The notes under the pieces: generated by a model | Seen by the model: only the letters and a program-made list of their open reading frames with translations | What the model was told of the DNA's origin: nothing | Databases searched by the model: none | Assembly: GCF_036321535.1 (NCBI RefSeq) | Contig: NC_087472.1 | Span: forward strand, 95,172,001-95,236,000 | DNA: 64,000 bases | DNA from: Camelus dromedarius | Taxonomy: Eukaryota | Reading direction: 5' to 3' | Made by a program: the position numbers and the translations under genes | Shown here: in pieces, positions 1 to 12,277 of the stretch | Layout of the letters: the number at the start of each line of letters is the position of its first letter | Numbering within the stretch: position 1 is the first letter of the stretch

Positions 1-2432
1 TCTTGAGGTAGGCCTGTGTCGCTATAAACTTTCTTCTTAAAACTGCTTTTGTTGCCCCCCCCCCCATAGAGTTTGGAAAGTTTTGTTTCCATTTGAATTT
101 GTCTCAAGGTATTTTCTGATTTCCTCTTTGATTTCTTCATTGACTCGTTGATTTTTTTTAGTAGCATGTTGATTAGTCTCCACGTGTTTGTGCTTTTCTT
201 ATTTTTTCCCCTGTAACTTATTTCTAATTCATACCATTGTGGGCAGAAAAAAAATGCTTCATATAATTTCTATGCTCTTAAATTTGCTGAGACTTGATTT
301 GTGGCCTAGCCTGTCATCTATCCTGGAGAATGTTCCATGTGCACTTTAAAAGAATGTGTATTCTGCTGCTGTGGGACGGAATGCCCCATAGCTATCTATT
401 ATGGCCAGTTGGTCTGTTGTGTCACTTATGACTACCGTTTCCTTATTGATTTTCTGTCTGGATGATGTGTCCATTGAGGTAAGCGGGGTGTTAAAGTCCC
501 CTACTGTTACTGGATTGCTGTCAAGTACTTACTTTGTCTGTTAATATTTACTTTATGTATTTAGGTGCTCCTGTATTAGGTGCATATATGTTAATAAGTG
601 TAATGTCCTCTTCTTGTATTGATTCCTTTATCATTACATAATGCCCTTCTCTGTCTTTTGTTGCAGAGTTTGTTTTAAAGTCTATTTTGTCATATTTTTA
701 AAGTCTCTTTTGTCATATGAATATTCCTACCTCAGCTTTATTATTGTTTCCATATACATGAAATATGTTTTTCCACCCTTTCATTCTGTGTGTCTTTAGC
801 GCTGAAGGTGAGTCTCTTGTAACCAGCATCTAGGTGGGTTGTTTTTTTTTTTTAAAATCCAATGAAAAACTCTATGTCTTTTGATCGAAGCATTTAGTTC
901 AGTGACATTTAACGTAATTATTGATAGGTATGTACTTCCTGCTGTTTTCTGGTTGTTTCTGTAGTTGTCCCTTGTTATTTTCTTCTTTTACTTTCTTCCC
1001 TAGTGGTTTAATGATTTTTTTAGTGGTATCTTTGTGTTCCTTTCTCTATTGTCTTTGTGTATCTATGGTAGCTTTTTGATTTCTGGTTACCATGGGATTC
1101 ATATATGTTGGCCTATGAAGTAGATCTGTTTTAAACAGGTATTCTTTTAGGGTCAAATACATTCTAAAGGATCTGTTTTAACTCCCCTCCCCCACATGTT
1201 GTGCTTTTGATGTCATATTTTACATCTTCATGTTCATCTCTTTACTGATTATTGCAGTTGTACTTGATATTACAATTTTTTTATTTTAATCTTTTTGTTA
1301 GCTTACTTAAGTGGTGGATCCTCTGCCTTTATATTTGCCTTTACTAGTGGGATTTTTCCTTTCCTAGTGATACCTACTTCTTGTTACAGCTTTTTCTTTT
1401 CCTCTTAGAGAAGACATTGTAACATTTTAGGGTTGGTTTTGGGAGAGCTATAATTGAAATGAACACAAGTCCCATATTCCCTCAGGGTGTGCTGGCAGCT
1501 GTCACCTTGGCGGGAGGTGAAGCAGGAGATGAGGGGCCAGTTCCGGAGCTAGGTGTGAAGCTGGGCTTTCCGTCTGCTCGGTGGCTGTCACTGCCCTGTC
1601 AGGAGCTAGGTCAGGTCCCAAGTTGCTGGAACAGAAGTCCTGAGGTTCAGGTCCAAGCTGGCTCAGCTCCCTTTAAGCGTGTGCTTTTCCTTCCTCCACT
1701 GGCAGCCTCGCCCCCGAGGGGAGTGGTGCTGGAACGAGAGGAACGGGCGTTAGTGTTTGATGGAACCTGGGCTGCGGCAGTCTAGCTGCCGCCAGGGATC
1801 TGGTTGGCCTCGGATAGGCCACCTGTGCAGCTGCCAGTTATGGCTGCCGCCTTCCTGCTCAGACACTGCTTAGGGTTTGAGCCACCTCAGCATCTCACAG
1901 CTGAGGTTTTTCCTCAGTCGTGGCAGCCCTTGCACCAGCGTGGAGAAGTGACATGAGGCAGGAACTGCTGAAGCATTTGGTCCATTCAGGCTGGGGCTTA
2001 TGCCAGCAAGGCTGTGGGAAACCAGTCCGCCACCTGAATGGCTTCAGTCCGCCCTGTAGGCCCTGCTTTGAGAGCATGCACGCATTTGTTTCCTCCTCAC
2101 AAGTGGAGTCCTGGCTTCCCACAGCCCTCCCTTTGTTAGACTCCAGGTTTCGGGTGTCTAATATGTGGCTCGAACCACTCACTCTCTAGGGAGGGTCTCT
2201 GCCCATGTAATCTCCCCTTTCCCCAGTGTCCCCTCCCAGGAGACAAGTCCCAAGCTGATCATTTCTCTTCCTTTCCTACCCAATTCTGTGTGTATCTTTC
2301 TTCAGCCTTGGTTTGATAGGAGTCTTTTCAGCTAGTCTCCAGGTAGTTTTCAGTGAGAACTGTTCCATATGGAGATACTTTTGATGTATCATGGGGAGGT
2401 GAGTTCTGCATTCTCCTATTCTGCCATCTTGA
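1..2432 (-). mobile_element. LINE-1 5' portion: 5'UTR (2432-1441), ORF1 C-terminal stub and ORF2 endonuclease region (1440-1); ORF1 internally deleted
   Basis: Reverse complement at ~2431 reads CAAGATGGCAGAATAGGAGAATGCAGAACTCACCTCCCC, a typical L1 5' start, and matches the start of the copy at ~10375. 1459-1530 matches the reverse complement of ~10920-11005. 1-1400 is T-rich antisense L1 ORF2-like sequence (e.g. TCTATCCTGGAGAATGTTCCATGTGCACTT). Confidence 0.9.
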
Positions 2433-2759
2433 TTCTAGTCTTTGAACTAGGGCTTTAGACTAGTAAATGAGTTCTTCAAATGAGGAGTGATACATTTTGC
2501 AGGATAGAAGAGGGTACCTACTGAAGTCAGGATTGAAAAAAACATGAAAAAGTCAAAAAATGTTGACTAACTTCATGCTAATTGTGGAAGACATAAAGAT
2601 TGGATCTTTGTGGCAATGTCATAATTTAATAAGTAAAAACACGTTTTTTATTTTGAAATACAAATTAAGTCTTTTTGATTAATAATCTATACATAGTAGA
2701 AGTTTACTAGTAAAGTACCTTAAGATCTACATTGATAAAATATATCCTGGAGAGGACTT

Positions 2760-4020
2760 TTTTAAAGCCATGTAAAATTGTCCTTGCTCTATAGGAACTC
2801 ATTCTAATGAAGGACCCAGGCACAAAATCATTTACAGTATACTCTCACAAGTGCCGAGGGAAGGATCAGGAGATCAGCAAGTGGAGAGAGCAGTAGAGAG
2901 GAAAAGCTTTTTAGGTAGAATAGAGATTATTTTCTGGAACTATGTTTGTTAGAAATAAAATTATAAATGTATTCAAAGTCATGATTCATGGAAAGATGTG
3001 GGAGTATAAAGAGATAATTTTGGATAGACAGACAAGGACTGGATCATATAGGGTCTTATGACATAGTAGCAGTAAAGGTTTGGGAATATATTCTAGTTAT
3101 TTTGGGAATAGAGAATTTGATTCTGTGATGTAACATTCTTATTTGTATTTGCAAAAGGAATGATTTGGGTGCTACTCAGTTAATGGAAATTACGAGAGGC
3201 AAGAGTGAAACAATCAAGAGACTATTAGATTATTCTAGGTTAAACATGATAGTATATTTGAAAAGAAAAGAAGATAGAGAAAACTAAACAAATCTGGGAT
3301 ATAGTTTGGAGGTAGAATGAATATCACCTTCCAATGTGAGAAAACGAGAAGCACAAATAATTTGTCATTTGAGCAACTGGGTGGATGGTTGTGCCTCTGG
3401 CTGAATAATAAGTGGGTGGATTGTGTAGACAGCAGGTTGACCTTGGGGTATTCTCCAGTAATATGTTACCGTTAAGAGTTTTTGAAAATTAAAAAGAAAA
3501 CCTTAAAAGTAGTAAATATTAAATAGACAATTATATACAAATGTTTTGTCCATGGATGAGTCAGGGTTTTAGACATGTACTTGGGAAAAATGGTATTTAA
3601 AGTCTTCGACGAGTTAAATAGTCTAAGAAAAGAGTGTAGGTAAGGATGAGAAGGGAGGTCAAGGTGAAGCCATGGAGCAACTGAACCAACATTTAAAGGT
3701 TGGGCAGAAGCAGCAAAGACGCTGCCTGTTGGGAGGGACGTAAGGTTTTTAGACGCCAAAAGGAGAAAGTATTTCAGAAATGGAAGAGAGAATGTTTCAG
3801 TGAAATGTTGCTTAGTGAGGACTAGCAACATTGGAGATTGTTGTTGACCTTGAAAACAACGGTTTCCGTGAAGGAGAAGAGACAGTAAGGCCTTGATGGA
3901 AGAACAGAAGGTGAGGAGCTCGAGACAGTGACTATAGATAACTGTTTTGATGAAATGTTCCATGCTTATATATTAGGGAAGGAATACTGATGATTTAAGA
4001 GAAAGAAGGACTTACTGCAA
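2760..4020 (-). mobile_element. LINE-2 fragment(s), highly diverged
   Basis: Purine-rich antisense L2-like motifs such as TTGAGCAACTGGGTGGATGG and CCAACATTTAAAGGTTGGGCAGAAG. Confidence 0.7.
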
Positions 4021-4529
4021 GAAGGAAGTTGCTTAGAAAGCCAAGTGGGAATGGGACCAAGAGATCAGGTGTAGGGCACAGCATTTTGTCAAACAAGTGC
4101 AGTGGAAGGACTGAGGGGCAAGTGAGTTCGTGACGGGCAGGAATTAGTTACAGTCAAGGACTCGAATCTAAGCTGGACCAGAAGGGAGGTGCACTTACTT
4201 GAGGGGTGTGCTGGTGGGTACAGAAATATATAATATAGAGTCGAGGCTTAGGGGTATTTAAGAAGGGATGGTGAAGGTACAGAGTGAGCTGGGAGGATTG
4301 GTGGTGGCAGTCAGAGCTGTAATTGTAAGGTCGCCACAGAAGTAGAGGGTGTTACAGGAGCATAAAGCCTGACAGACCCAGCCAAGTTTGCCATGTTAAG
4401 AAGTCTTCCTAACAAAAATGATATTTAAGTTGAGGCCTATAAGAGGGGAAAGAGACAGTTAGATGGAGAAAAGTAGAGTTATATTTAAAGAGAAGGCTCT
4501 GACCTAGTGACCAGCTGATGGAGAACTGG

Positions 4530-4700
4530 AACAGTTAATTTATTTGTTCATGAAACACACATTTGAGTATCTTCTATGTTCTAGGCCTAATTTTTTTTGG
4601 TGGGGGGAGATACAACAATTGATGATAGATGTAGTTCCTGCCTGTGTGGAGCTTGCATTCTAGTGGAAGGAGTTAAAAAACAAGTTCTGCCAGAAGAATA
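4530..4700 (-). mobile_element. LINE-2 3' end
   Basis: ATTTGTTCATGAAACACACATTTGAGTATCTTCTATGTTCTAGG followed by GGAGCTTGCATTCTAGTGG, resembling the antisense L2 tail. Confidence 0.6.
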
Positions 4701-5077
4701 GAAAGCAGGGACAGGAAGTGATACAGCCAAGGATGCAGAGATTGAGGTAGTGACAACATGGTGGGCCTTGGATAAGAAGGTTAAGCTTAAAGAGAAAAGA
4801 TCTACCCCTTTTCTGGTCTTGAACCACAGAAATACTACTGTTGGTATTTCTTTTGTTTCCTTACAAATAGACACATAAGCATTAGTTTCCTTTACACAAA
4901 AGTAACCAAGCATTATACCTATACACACACGCACACACACATATACTTGATATATTTTGAGTGTTTTTTCATATCCACATATATAGATCTACCTCAGTCT
5001 TAAAAGAATTTGTTATTTCCTTGCAACACTGTATCTTTATTTAACTTGCAACCTGTTATTACTAGACATCTAGGTTG

Positions 5078-5742
5078 GTCTTTTATTAAGCCAGGCATTA
5101 AACAGATCTGCAAAACTGTAAATTAAATTGTAAAACACTCTTCTCACTGATTTTATTTCAGAAAAGTTATTTTTCATAAACTGTGTTAACATGAATGGGT
5201 TGGAAGACAATTACCTGTAGGTCTCTTCCGTTTCTGCGCTCTCTTGTGATTGGAGGCACTCACTCCCTTTGTGGATGTTAAGTGAATAGCCTAGGAGATA
5301 GAGGTCAAGTGTTTCCCTTCAGTGCAAAGATCAGGTATGCCTCCTGGCCCATTATAAAATAATCAGGCTCCTAAACTCAAGGTTTCTCTCCTATAACATG
5401 ACTCACTGCACATGTCACCTGGCAGTCCTGTGAGAACTGTGGCTCAGAATTTGTAAAAGAAAATTCCCATACTCTGGCTGCTATTAATGTGAGTTACAAT
5501 GTCCTTTGTCTCTGACCTAGGCATCTTGTTTCTTTGGTCAACGTCCACAAAACTGTGGCAGGCTAACTTGTAAAATCTCAGTCATGTCACAATTCTAAAG
5601 AGCTTATTAAACCACATCTCAGTTTCAATACTGTACATATTGATTGATAGACATAACACACCCAAATCAAGGCTTTTTAAGATCCTCAATCTTTTGTTAG
5701 AGTGCATAGATTTCTTGAGATCAAAAAGTATAAGAACCACTG
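5078..5742. mobile_element. hAT-Charlie (Charlie1a-like) DNA transposon end, split by an LTR
   Basis: CTTTTATTAAGCCAGGCATTAAACAGATCTGCAAAA ... TTGAGATCAAAAAGTATAAGAACCACTG resembles the Charlie1 terminal consensus as I recall it. The element continues on both sides of the LTR. Confidence 0.65.
5216..5600 (+). mobile_element. ERVL-class solo LTR (MER54/MER74-like)
   Basis: Begins TGTAGGGTCTCTTCCGTTTCTGC and contains GTCCTTTGTCTCTGACCTAGG...AAACTGTGGCAGGCTAACTTG. Family assignment is from recall. Confidence 0.6.
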
Positions 5743-5744
5743 CT

Positions 5745-7500
5745 ATATAATACTTCATTAATACTACAATTTATTTACCCATTTACTGATGGATATTGGA
5801 TTGTATCTTATTTTGGCTATTTTGAATAAACCTGCTACAAATATTCTCATATATGTTTTCTGATGCACCTTTAGTTTGAGAAGATATGTGGGATCTATGC
5901 TATTGTTGTAAGTGGTAATTTTTAACATTTCATATTCCAGTTTTGCTGGTACATAGAAATATAATTGCTTTTTACATTTTGACCTTACAGTGATTTTGCC
6001 AATACCCTTCTTAATTTGATTAGTCTTTCTATTGATTATTTTATATTTTCTAAATAGATGGTGATATCATAGGCAGATAAGTTTTATTTCTTCCTTAAAA
6101 ATCTATACACTTTTATTCATTTTTTGTGCATGTTTGCACTATTGGCACCTCACATTCAATGACGAATACAAGTGATTATAGAATACATATTTTTATTCCT
6201 TACAGAAGGAAAACTTTCAACATTTTGCTTTTAAGTACATTGTTTCTGATAAAAATTTTCTACAAAAACAAAACTATCAGATTAAGAAAGTTGTCTCCAA
6301 TTCCTAGTTTTTTTGGTAAGTCACATTTGAACCTTGTATTTCATCAAATGTTTTTCCTACATCTACTGAGATGATCATGTGATTTTATATTTCATTCTGT
6401 TAGTGTCCAAAATGACACTAATCAATTTTCAAAGGTGAATCCAATCTTGTATCCTTACAAAGCTATTTGACCATGATACATTTTATTACATATACTGCTC
6501 TACTGCTGGATTTAATATGCTAATTTTCATTTAGGATATCTGTACATGTATGTATGAGATATGCCTGTAATTTTCCTTTTTCATAGGATCCTCAAGTTTT
6601 CAAGTTCAAGCTTACGTTAGGTCAGAAAACAAGTTAGGTAGTCATTTCTCTTGTTTTCTGGTAGAATTTATATAGACTCTGTCATTTTTCCTTAAATGTT
6701 TAGAAGAATTCATCTGTGAAGTTAATCTATGCCTGGAGTTTTCTTTTAGCGAAGTCTTTACTCATAATATCATCTTTGCTGTTTTAAGTGTATAATCTGT
6801 AATGAATTCTCTCTTCATTCCTGAAATATAAATATATTTTACTTTTTTCAAAGGACCATCTTTTGGCTTCATATTCTCTATAATTTTCTATTTTACTAAC
6901 ATCTATTATCTTTATCATTTCCTTTTTATTTTACTTTATTTGTGCATAGTAAATATGCTGTTCTTTTTTCTAATGTCTTGTTTCCTCAGGCAGGATCCAG
7001 TCAGGAGAATAGCAATCACATTGAATATTTAAAACAGATGGAATTTAACACAAAGTATTGTTTACATCCCATCCTCAGAAAACCACTAATGCCTTCCAAC
7101 TCTATATAATTTAGATTTGTCATTTCTAGAATTTCATAGCAATAGAATCATATAATGCATTATCTTTTCTGCCTGCCCTTGTTCATTCAAGTAGAATGTT
7201 TTCAGATTCATCCGTATTTTACATGTTATCAGTAGTTCTTTCTTATTGGTAAGTAGTATTCCATTGTATATACATACCACAGTTTATGCATTCACCTGTT
7301 AATGGACATTTGGGTTGTTTCCAGATTTTGACTATTATTAGACAAAGATTCTATGAACAGTTGTATGTAGGTCTTCATATAGATATATATTTTCCTTTTG
7401 CTCATGTAAATAACTAGATGTGGAATTTCTAAGTCATATGGAAATGTTATTGAAGTTTTAAAAAAGCGGTTCTTAAGAATGTTTACATAGTTGTAACCAC
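5745..7500 (-). mobile_element. Ancient LINE-1 (L1M-type) ORF2 and 3' fragments
   Basis: Antisense L1 motifs, e.g. AGTAGTATTCCATTGTATATACATACCACAGTTTA and GGACATTTGGGTTGTTTCCAG. Confidence 0.8.
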
Positions 7501-7629
7501 TCTTATATTCTGTTAATACATTGGCACTTACCCCTATGTTTCAGTATTAGGCAATTTTTAAAATTTTTACTGTAACTTCATAGATAGGGTTGTGGGGAGA
7601 CACTGCATCTAAAACCCAGGCCTAAATTC

Positions 7630-7790
7630 ACGGTAGTTAACATTTATTAAGTGCCAACCTAAAAGAGTCTGCCTGTTATTCTCATAACTGAGGCCTAATT
7701 ATGTTAATTAACTTACCCAAAAACACAAAAGTACGAAGTTGCAGAGCCAGGATTGGAACCAAGTAAGTTGGTTTCCCAACTCTGTATTTT
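7630..7790 (-). mobile_element. MIR SINE fragment
   Basis: AACATTTATTAAGTGCC...AACTGAGGCC...GCAGAGCCAGGATTGGAACC. Confidence 0.6.
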
Positions 7791-9039
7791 TAAAATCTAC
7801 ACCTCAATTATGGAATAAAACTGTAAATATATACTTGATAGTTGAAACAAGGAAGAAAAAAGATACACGTGCTTTCAGCATAAACAGCAGCATCCATTTA
7901 AATGAAGTAGATTGCCAATATCTGACTTTGGTCAAGATGTATTTTAAAACTAATTAATTTTGAATATCATGTTGGAATCTGATAGTTCCCAAATTTAGTA
8001 AGACTACTTATCCCATAACTCTGTCTAAATATATACACACCAAATATTGCATCCATGTGTTATTTTGGCACTACTTAGAATATCTGTAGCAAACACTAGC
8101 AGCACATAATTGATTAAATTAAAAAAAAAAAAGATACACACCATATTGTTGGATTTTCTTGTACTTTTTGCAGTTGAAGTTTGAGCTTCTGTTCAATATG
8201 TTCCATGGGTTGTACAGAATGATATCTGAACAGCTGTAACATCTTCACCTCTTGGCACCAAGGAATGAATGGGGAATCTATAATGTGTTACTGTATTAAA
8301 AAGTTTGTTTTTCAGAGAAAAAGTAATAGGTAACATCAACTTTGTGATGACATGAATCACCTGTTTTTTAAGGAAATTATTAGCAAGTTTTCAAATAAGG
8401 CACCTTCAAGGGGCTTATAAAAATAATATTTTATATTCTAAAATACAGTAACTGCATTATAATCTCTATTTAAACAGAAAGTATGTTAGTTGGGCACAGC
8501 ACTTTCCAGCTTAGCTATCATAACTCTTGGTGAGATAGAAGACTGCCACTGAAATCACTAATAATAGATTCCAGGGAAAACAGCATCTTTATTAGATAAA
8601 TCCCAAGCAGTTGGATTTACTACAGAGACCTGTCGTATGAACATTTCAGAGAAGAAACATACCTGAAAAGGGCTGCTTATAAAACAGCAGAGAGGGGATG
8701 TGGCTTTGTGAAACAGGAAGGTAAGAATATGAAGTACTTACAGAACAAAAATCACATCTCTGTCCACATATTTAGAGACTCAGTACTTGGAATACAAAAA
8801 AAAAAAAAAAAAAAACCTACATACTTCTTTCTTTATCCAAGGACAGAATTCCCTCACATTAGCAATCTCTGATTTTATAAACTACTAGAGAAACAACATG
8901 AAAATTGGTAAAAAGGAAAAAAATGACATTTTAAGTTTTAGCAGTGAAATTTACTTAATACAGACTGTACAAATTCTCAGAAATATTAACTGCCTTAAAA
9001 ATACTCTTCTTTCAGACCAATTATAAAAAGGTACATTTA

Positions 9040-9480
9040 CAACTCACAGAAACTGTGATTTCAGGTTGCAGGAAACCCAGGCAAAAGCTATATGAGATGC
9101 CATTTACGTGTCATGAAAGTGAAATGGAGCTAATGAGCCCATCACAATGGTTTGTATCATACTCATTTCTGACTCTGCCTTTATGGCAGCTTCAGTTCAG
9201 AAAAAGTCCATCCACTCCATGTATATCTGGCTGCTCCCTGCTCCAGTAGCAGTGTTAGAAAACTCAATTTAAATCAAACGTAATGACTTCTGCCAGCCGC
9301 AGTGTGCTCACCAACACTCCTCTCCCTCCCATAACATTCTAGCATGACTGTTTCTTGCATCTTTCAGCCTTCCTCCAGTCCAACCACACTCTAATTGGCT
9401 GGCTGGGGATTCCACTGTCACTCAAGCGAAAGAAACCGCAAGCTCACTGAGGAAATTAGAAGCTGAGTTTGCATTTTGAG
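9040..9480. promoter_or_regulatory. Candidate enhancer/promoter motif cluster (IRF/ISRE, NF-kB-like, RUNX, ETS, CCAAT)
   Basis: GAAAGTGAAA 9115-9124, GGGGATTCCA 9405-9414, AACCACA 9382 and AACCGCA 9434, GAGGAA 9449, ATTGG 9394, all in repeat-free sequence. Motif evidence only. Confidence 0.35.
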
Positions 9481-10364
9481 TTGGCTCCAAGGATACATAT
9501 TTACTGGCCTTAAAAAAAAAAAAAAAAACAAACTCCTATACGCAGCCCTCTAGACGGTAAGACAGTACATGAAACTGTACCTTAACATACAGCAGCTCTT
9601 TTTTCTGACACATTTAATTGTTTACTCCCATGCCTGTGGTCAAGAGTGGAACTGAAGGCTTGTCTTCACTTTTCACCACAAAAAAAGTGAGCCGTGCATC
9701 ATCTGGAAGCCCCTTTGAACCACCTCTGGGCTACCACTTCTTAAATGACCTCTTGTGAACTAAAGATTATTTGGTGTCTGGAGGGAATTTAGCAAAGTTT
9801 TCTGTAGGTACCAATCCAAACAATTCAAGATTTAGTTTTCTGCCTCTAGATTAGGGCTGTTAGCATCAAATGATTTATGTTTTTTAAAATTCACAAAATA
9901 TGCAATATTTCTGGATTGTTACTAGTGTACCTAATACTACATAGCACAAGAGAAATTTTTCCAGGTCATGATGTGTGAATAAGGGAGATATTATTAGCTC
10001 TGTGTCACCAAATATGAGTCAACAAAGGAGCAGCTGGTGGTCCGGCTGTGCAGTGAATGTGGGAAGGTTACAAAATACCTGACACAAAGTCCTTGCCCTC
10101 AAGTAGTTTCCACCATGTGAAAGAGACATTTAGATAGAAAATGCACTGTGTTTTATAACAATTGATAGCATTTTGCGGGGGGCTGGGAGATGACTGAGAC
10201 GGGTAGTTGTTTCACAGTTATATTTTCACTAGCCATTCTCTTCCCTGCCTCTCTGGTCAAAAGTAGAGCAGAAAAAGAAGGGGAAAAAATCTGATAATCG
10301 CTAAGCTTCAACTGTCAAATAACTCAGACTGACTCTGTTCTCATTCGTCAAAAAGACACAGTAT

Positions 10365-11346
10365 GGAGAGGAGATAAAGATAGTGGCACAGGAGGACGTG
10401 GAACTCACCTCCACAAGGCTGAAAGAATGCTCCATATGGAGTCGGAAGGGAAGAGAAGTGATCAGGTCAGGACCTGTGCCCCAGGAAGGGGACTCAGAGG
10501 AAAAAGGGGAGTTTACAGGGGTGGAGAACCTCCCTGGGGTGTGAGTGGTTCAACCCACATATTGGGCACCCCAGCTCTGGGATACAGCACAGGGAAGACG
10601 AGTCACCACGGCTGCTTGGAGAGCCAGTGGGACTAACGGGAGGGCTATGGGAAGCCTGGACTCTGCGGGGGAATAAGCACCTGTGTGCCTGCTTGTTCCT
10701 GAAGCAGGGTGGATTGAAACCATGGGGGTGGCTGTCGAGAGCCTGCCCGGGGCCCCTTGTGCTCAAGCACTGCTCCTCTGTGGGGCAGGGGCACCGGTGC
10801 TGGGAAGCAGTAGAGCTTACACTCAAAGGGAACAGACCCAGCTCGGACCCAACCCTACCTCTGATCGGGCAGTGATGGCCAATGAGCAGAGGGGAAGCCT
10901 GGCCTCAAACCTGCCTCTGGCCCTAGCCCCTCCTTCTCCAGGCCCACCTTCTACCAAGGTGACAGGTGGCAGCACACCCTGAGGAAAGATGTGACTTGTG
11001 TTCACATCAGACACAGCTCTCCCACCAAAGCCACTGGGCACATGCAGACTAGACAGGGATACTCCCACATGAGGACACCCCTTCAAGACTGCAATAGGTT
11101 ACTATTTCTCCTAAGTTCAGAGAGACAGAAAGTTAAGCAAAATGAGAAGAGTTTGTCTCAACTGAAAGAGCAAGAGAAAACCCCTGAAAAAACAACTAAT
11201 GAAACAAACCACTTTACCAGACAAAGAATTCAAAGCATTAGTAACAAGAATGCTAACTGAATTAGGGAAGAGAATAGATGAACACCGTGAGACTTTTAAC
11301 AAAGAACTAGACAATATAAAAAAGAACTAGGCAGAACTGAAGAAAG
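10365..11346 (+). mobile_element. LINE-1 5'UTR and ORF1 N-terminus (same family as 1-2432)
   Basis: AAGATAGTGGCACAGGAGGACGTGGAACTCACCTCC start and a GC-rich UTR, followed by ORF1-like peptide SQLKEQEKTPEKTTNET in ORF 10991-11260. Confidence 0.9.
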
Positions 11347-12277
11347 CATGTGCCTGTTGGCTATCTGGATGTCTCCTTGGAGAAATGTCTATTTAGGTCT
11401 TCTGCCTATTTTTTTTATCGGGTTGTTTGTTTTTTGATATTGAGCTATCTGAGTTGTTCATATATTTTAGAAATTAAGCCCCTGTTGGCCACATTGTTTG
11501 TAAATATTTTCCCCGTTCCGTCGGTTGTCTTTCCATTTTGTTTATGGTTATGGCTGTGCAAAAGCTTAAAAGTATAAGTAGGTCCCATTTGCTTATACAT
11601 ACTTTTATTTCTTTTGCCTTGGGAGACTGAACTAAGAAACCATTGCTGTGATTTATGTCAGAGAATCTTTTGCCTTTGTTCTCTTCTAGATTTATGGTGT
11701 CCTGTCTTACAGTTAAGTCTCTGAGACATTGTGAATTTATTTTTGTGTATGGTGTGAGGGGATGTTCTCATTTCATTGATTTACATGTGGCTGTCCAGCT
11801 TTCCCAACACCACTTGCCAAAGAGACAGTCTTTTCGCCATTGTATACTCTTTCCTCCTTTGTCAAAGACTAATTGATCATAGATGTGTGGTTTATTTTTC
11901 AGCTGTCTATTCTGTTCCATTGATCCATATGTCTGTTTTGGGGCCAATACTATGCTGTTTGGTTATTGTAGCTTTGTAGTGTTTTCTGAAGTCAGAGAGT
12001 TATGTCTCCAGCTTTGTTCTTTTTCCTCAGGATTGCTTTGGCAATTCTGAGTCTTTTGTGGTTCCCATATGAATTTTAAGATGATTTGTTCCAGTCCTGT
12101 GAAAAATGTGTTGGGTAATTTGATAGGAATTGCATTAAATCTGTGCATTGCTTTGGGTACTATGGCCATTTTAAAAGGGATTTTTCTTTTTCTTTTTTTT
12201 TTTTTTTAACTTTCTGATATTTCATTGTTAGTGTAAAAAAAAAGTCCAACAGATTTCTGTATGTTAATTTTGTATCA
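11347..12277 (-). mobile_element. Inverted LINE-1 ORF2 segment (5' inversion of a nested L1)
   Basis: ORF 11963-12169(-) [19 protein letters not shown] is L1 ORF2 RT/C-terminal sequence. Orientation is opposite to both flanks. Confidence 0.92.

Noticed and set aside
1459..2189. ORFs of 89-108 aa
   Set aside because: They lie in a GC-rich L1 5'UTR, where open frames are expected by composition.
3472..3963. Longest ORF in the window (163 aa, minus strand)
   Set aside because: It lies in a degraded L2. Low-complexity Leu/Phe/Ser content and no convincing splice signals.
8626..8720. Plus-strand exon-like segment ending in GAAG|GTAAGA (DLSYEHFREETYLKRAAYKTAERGCGFVKQE)
   Set aside because: Good donor but poor polypyrimidine tract. 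The peptide is unrecognised and I found no phase-compatible partner.
10427..11086. Cluster of overlapping ORFs / CpG-island-like patch
   Set aside because: It is the 5'UTR of an L1, not a host gene promoter.
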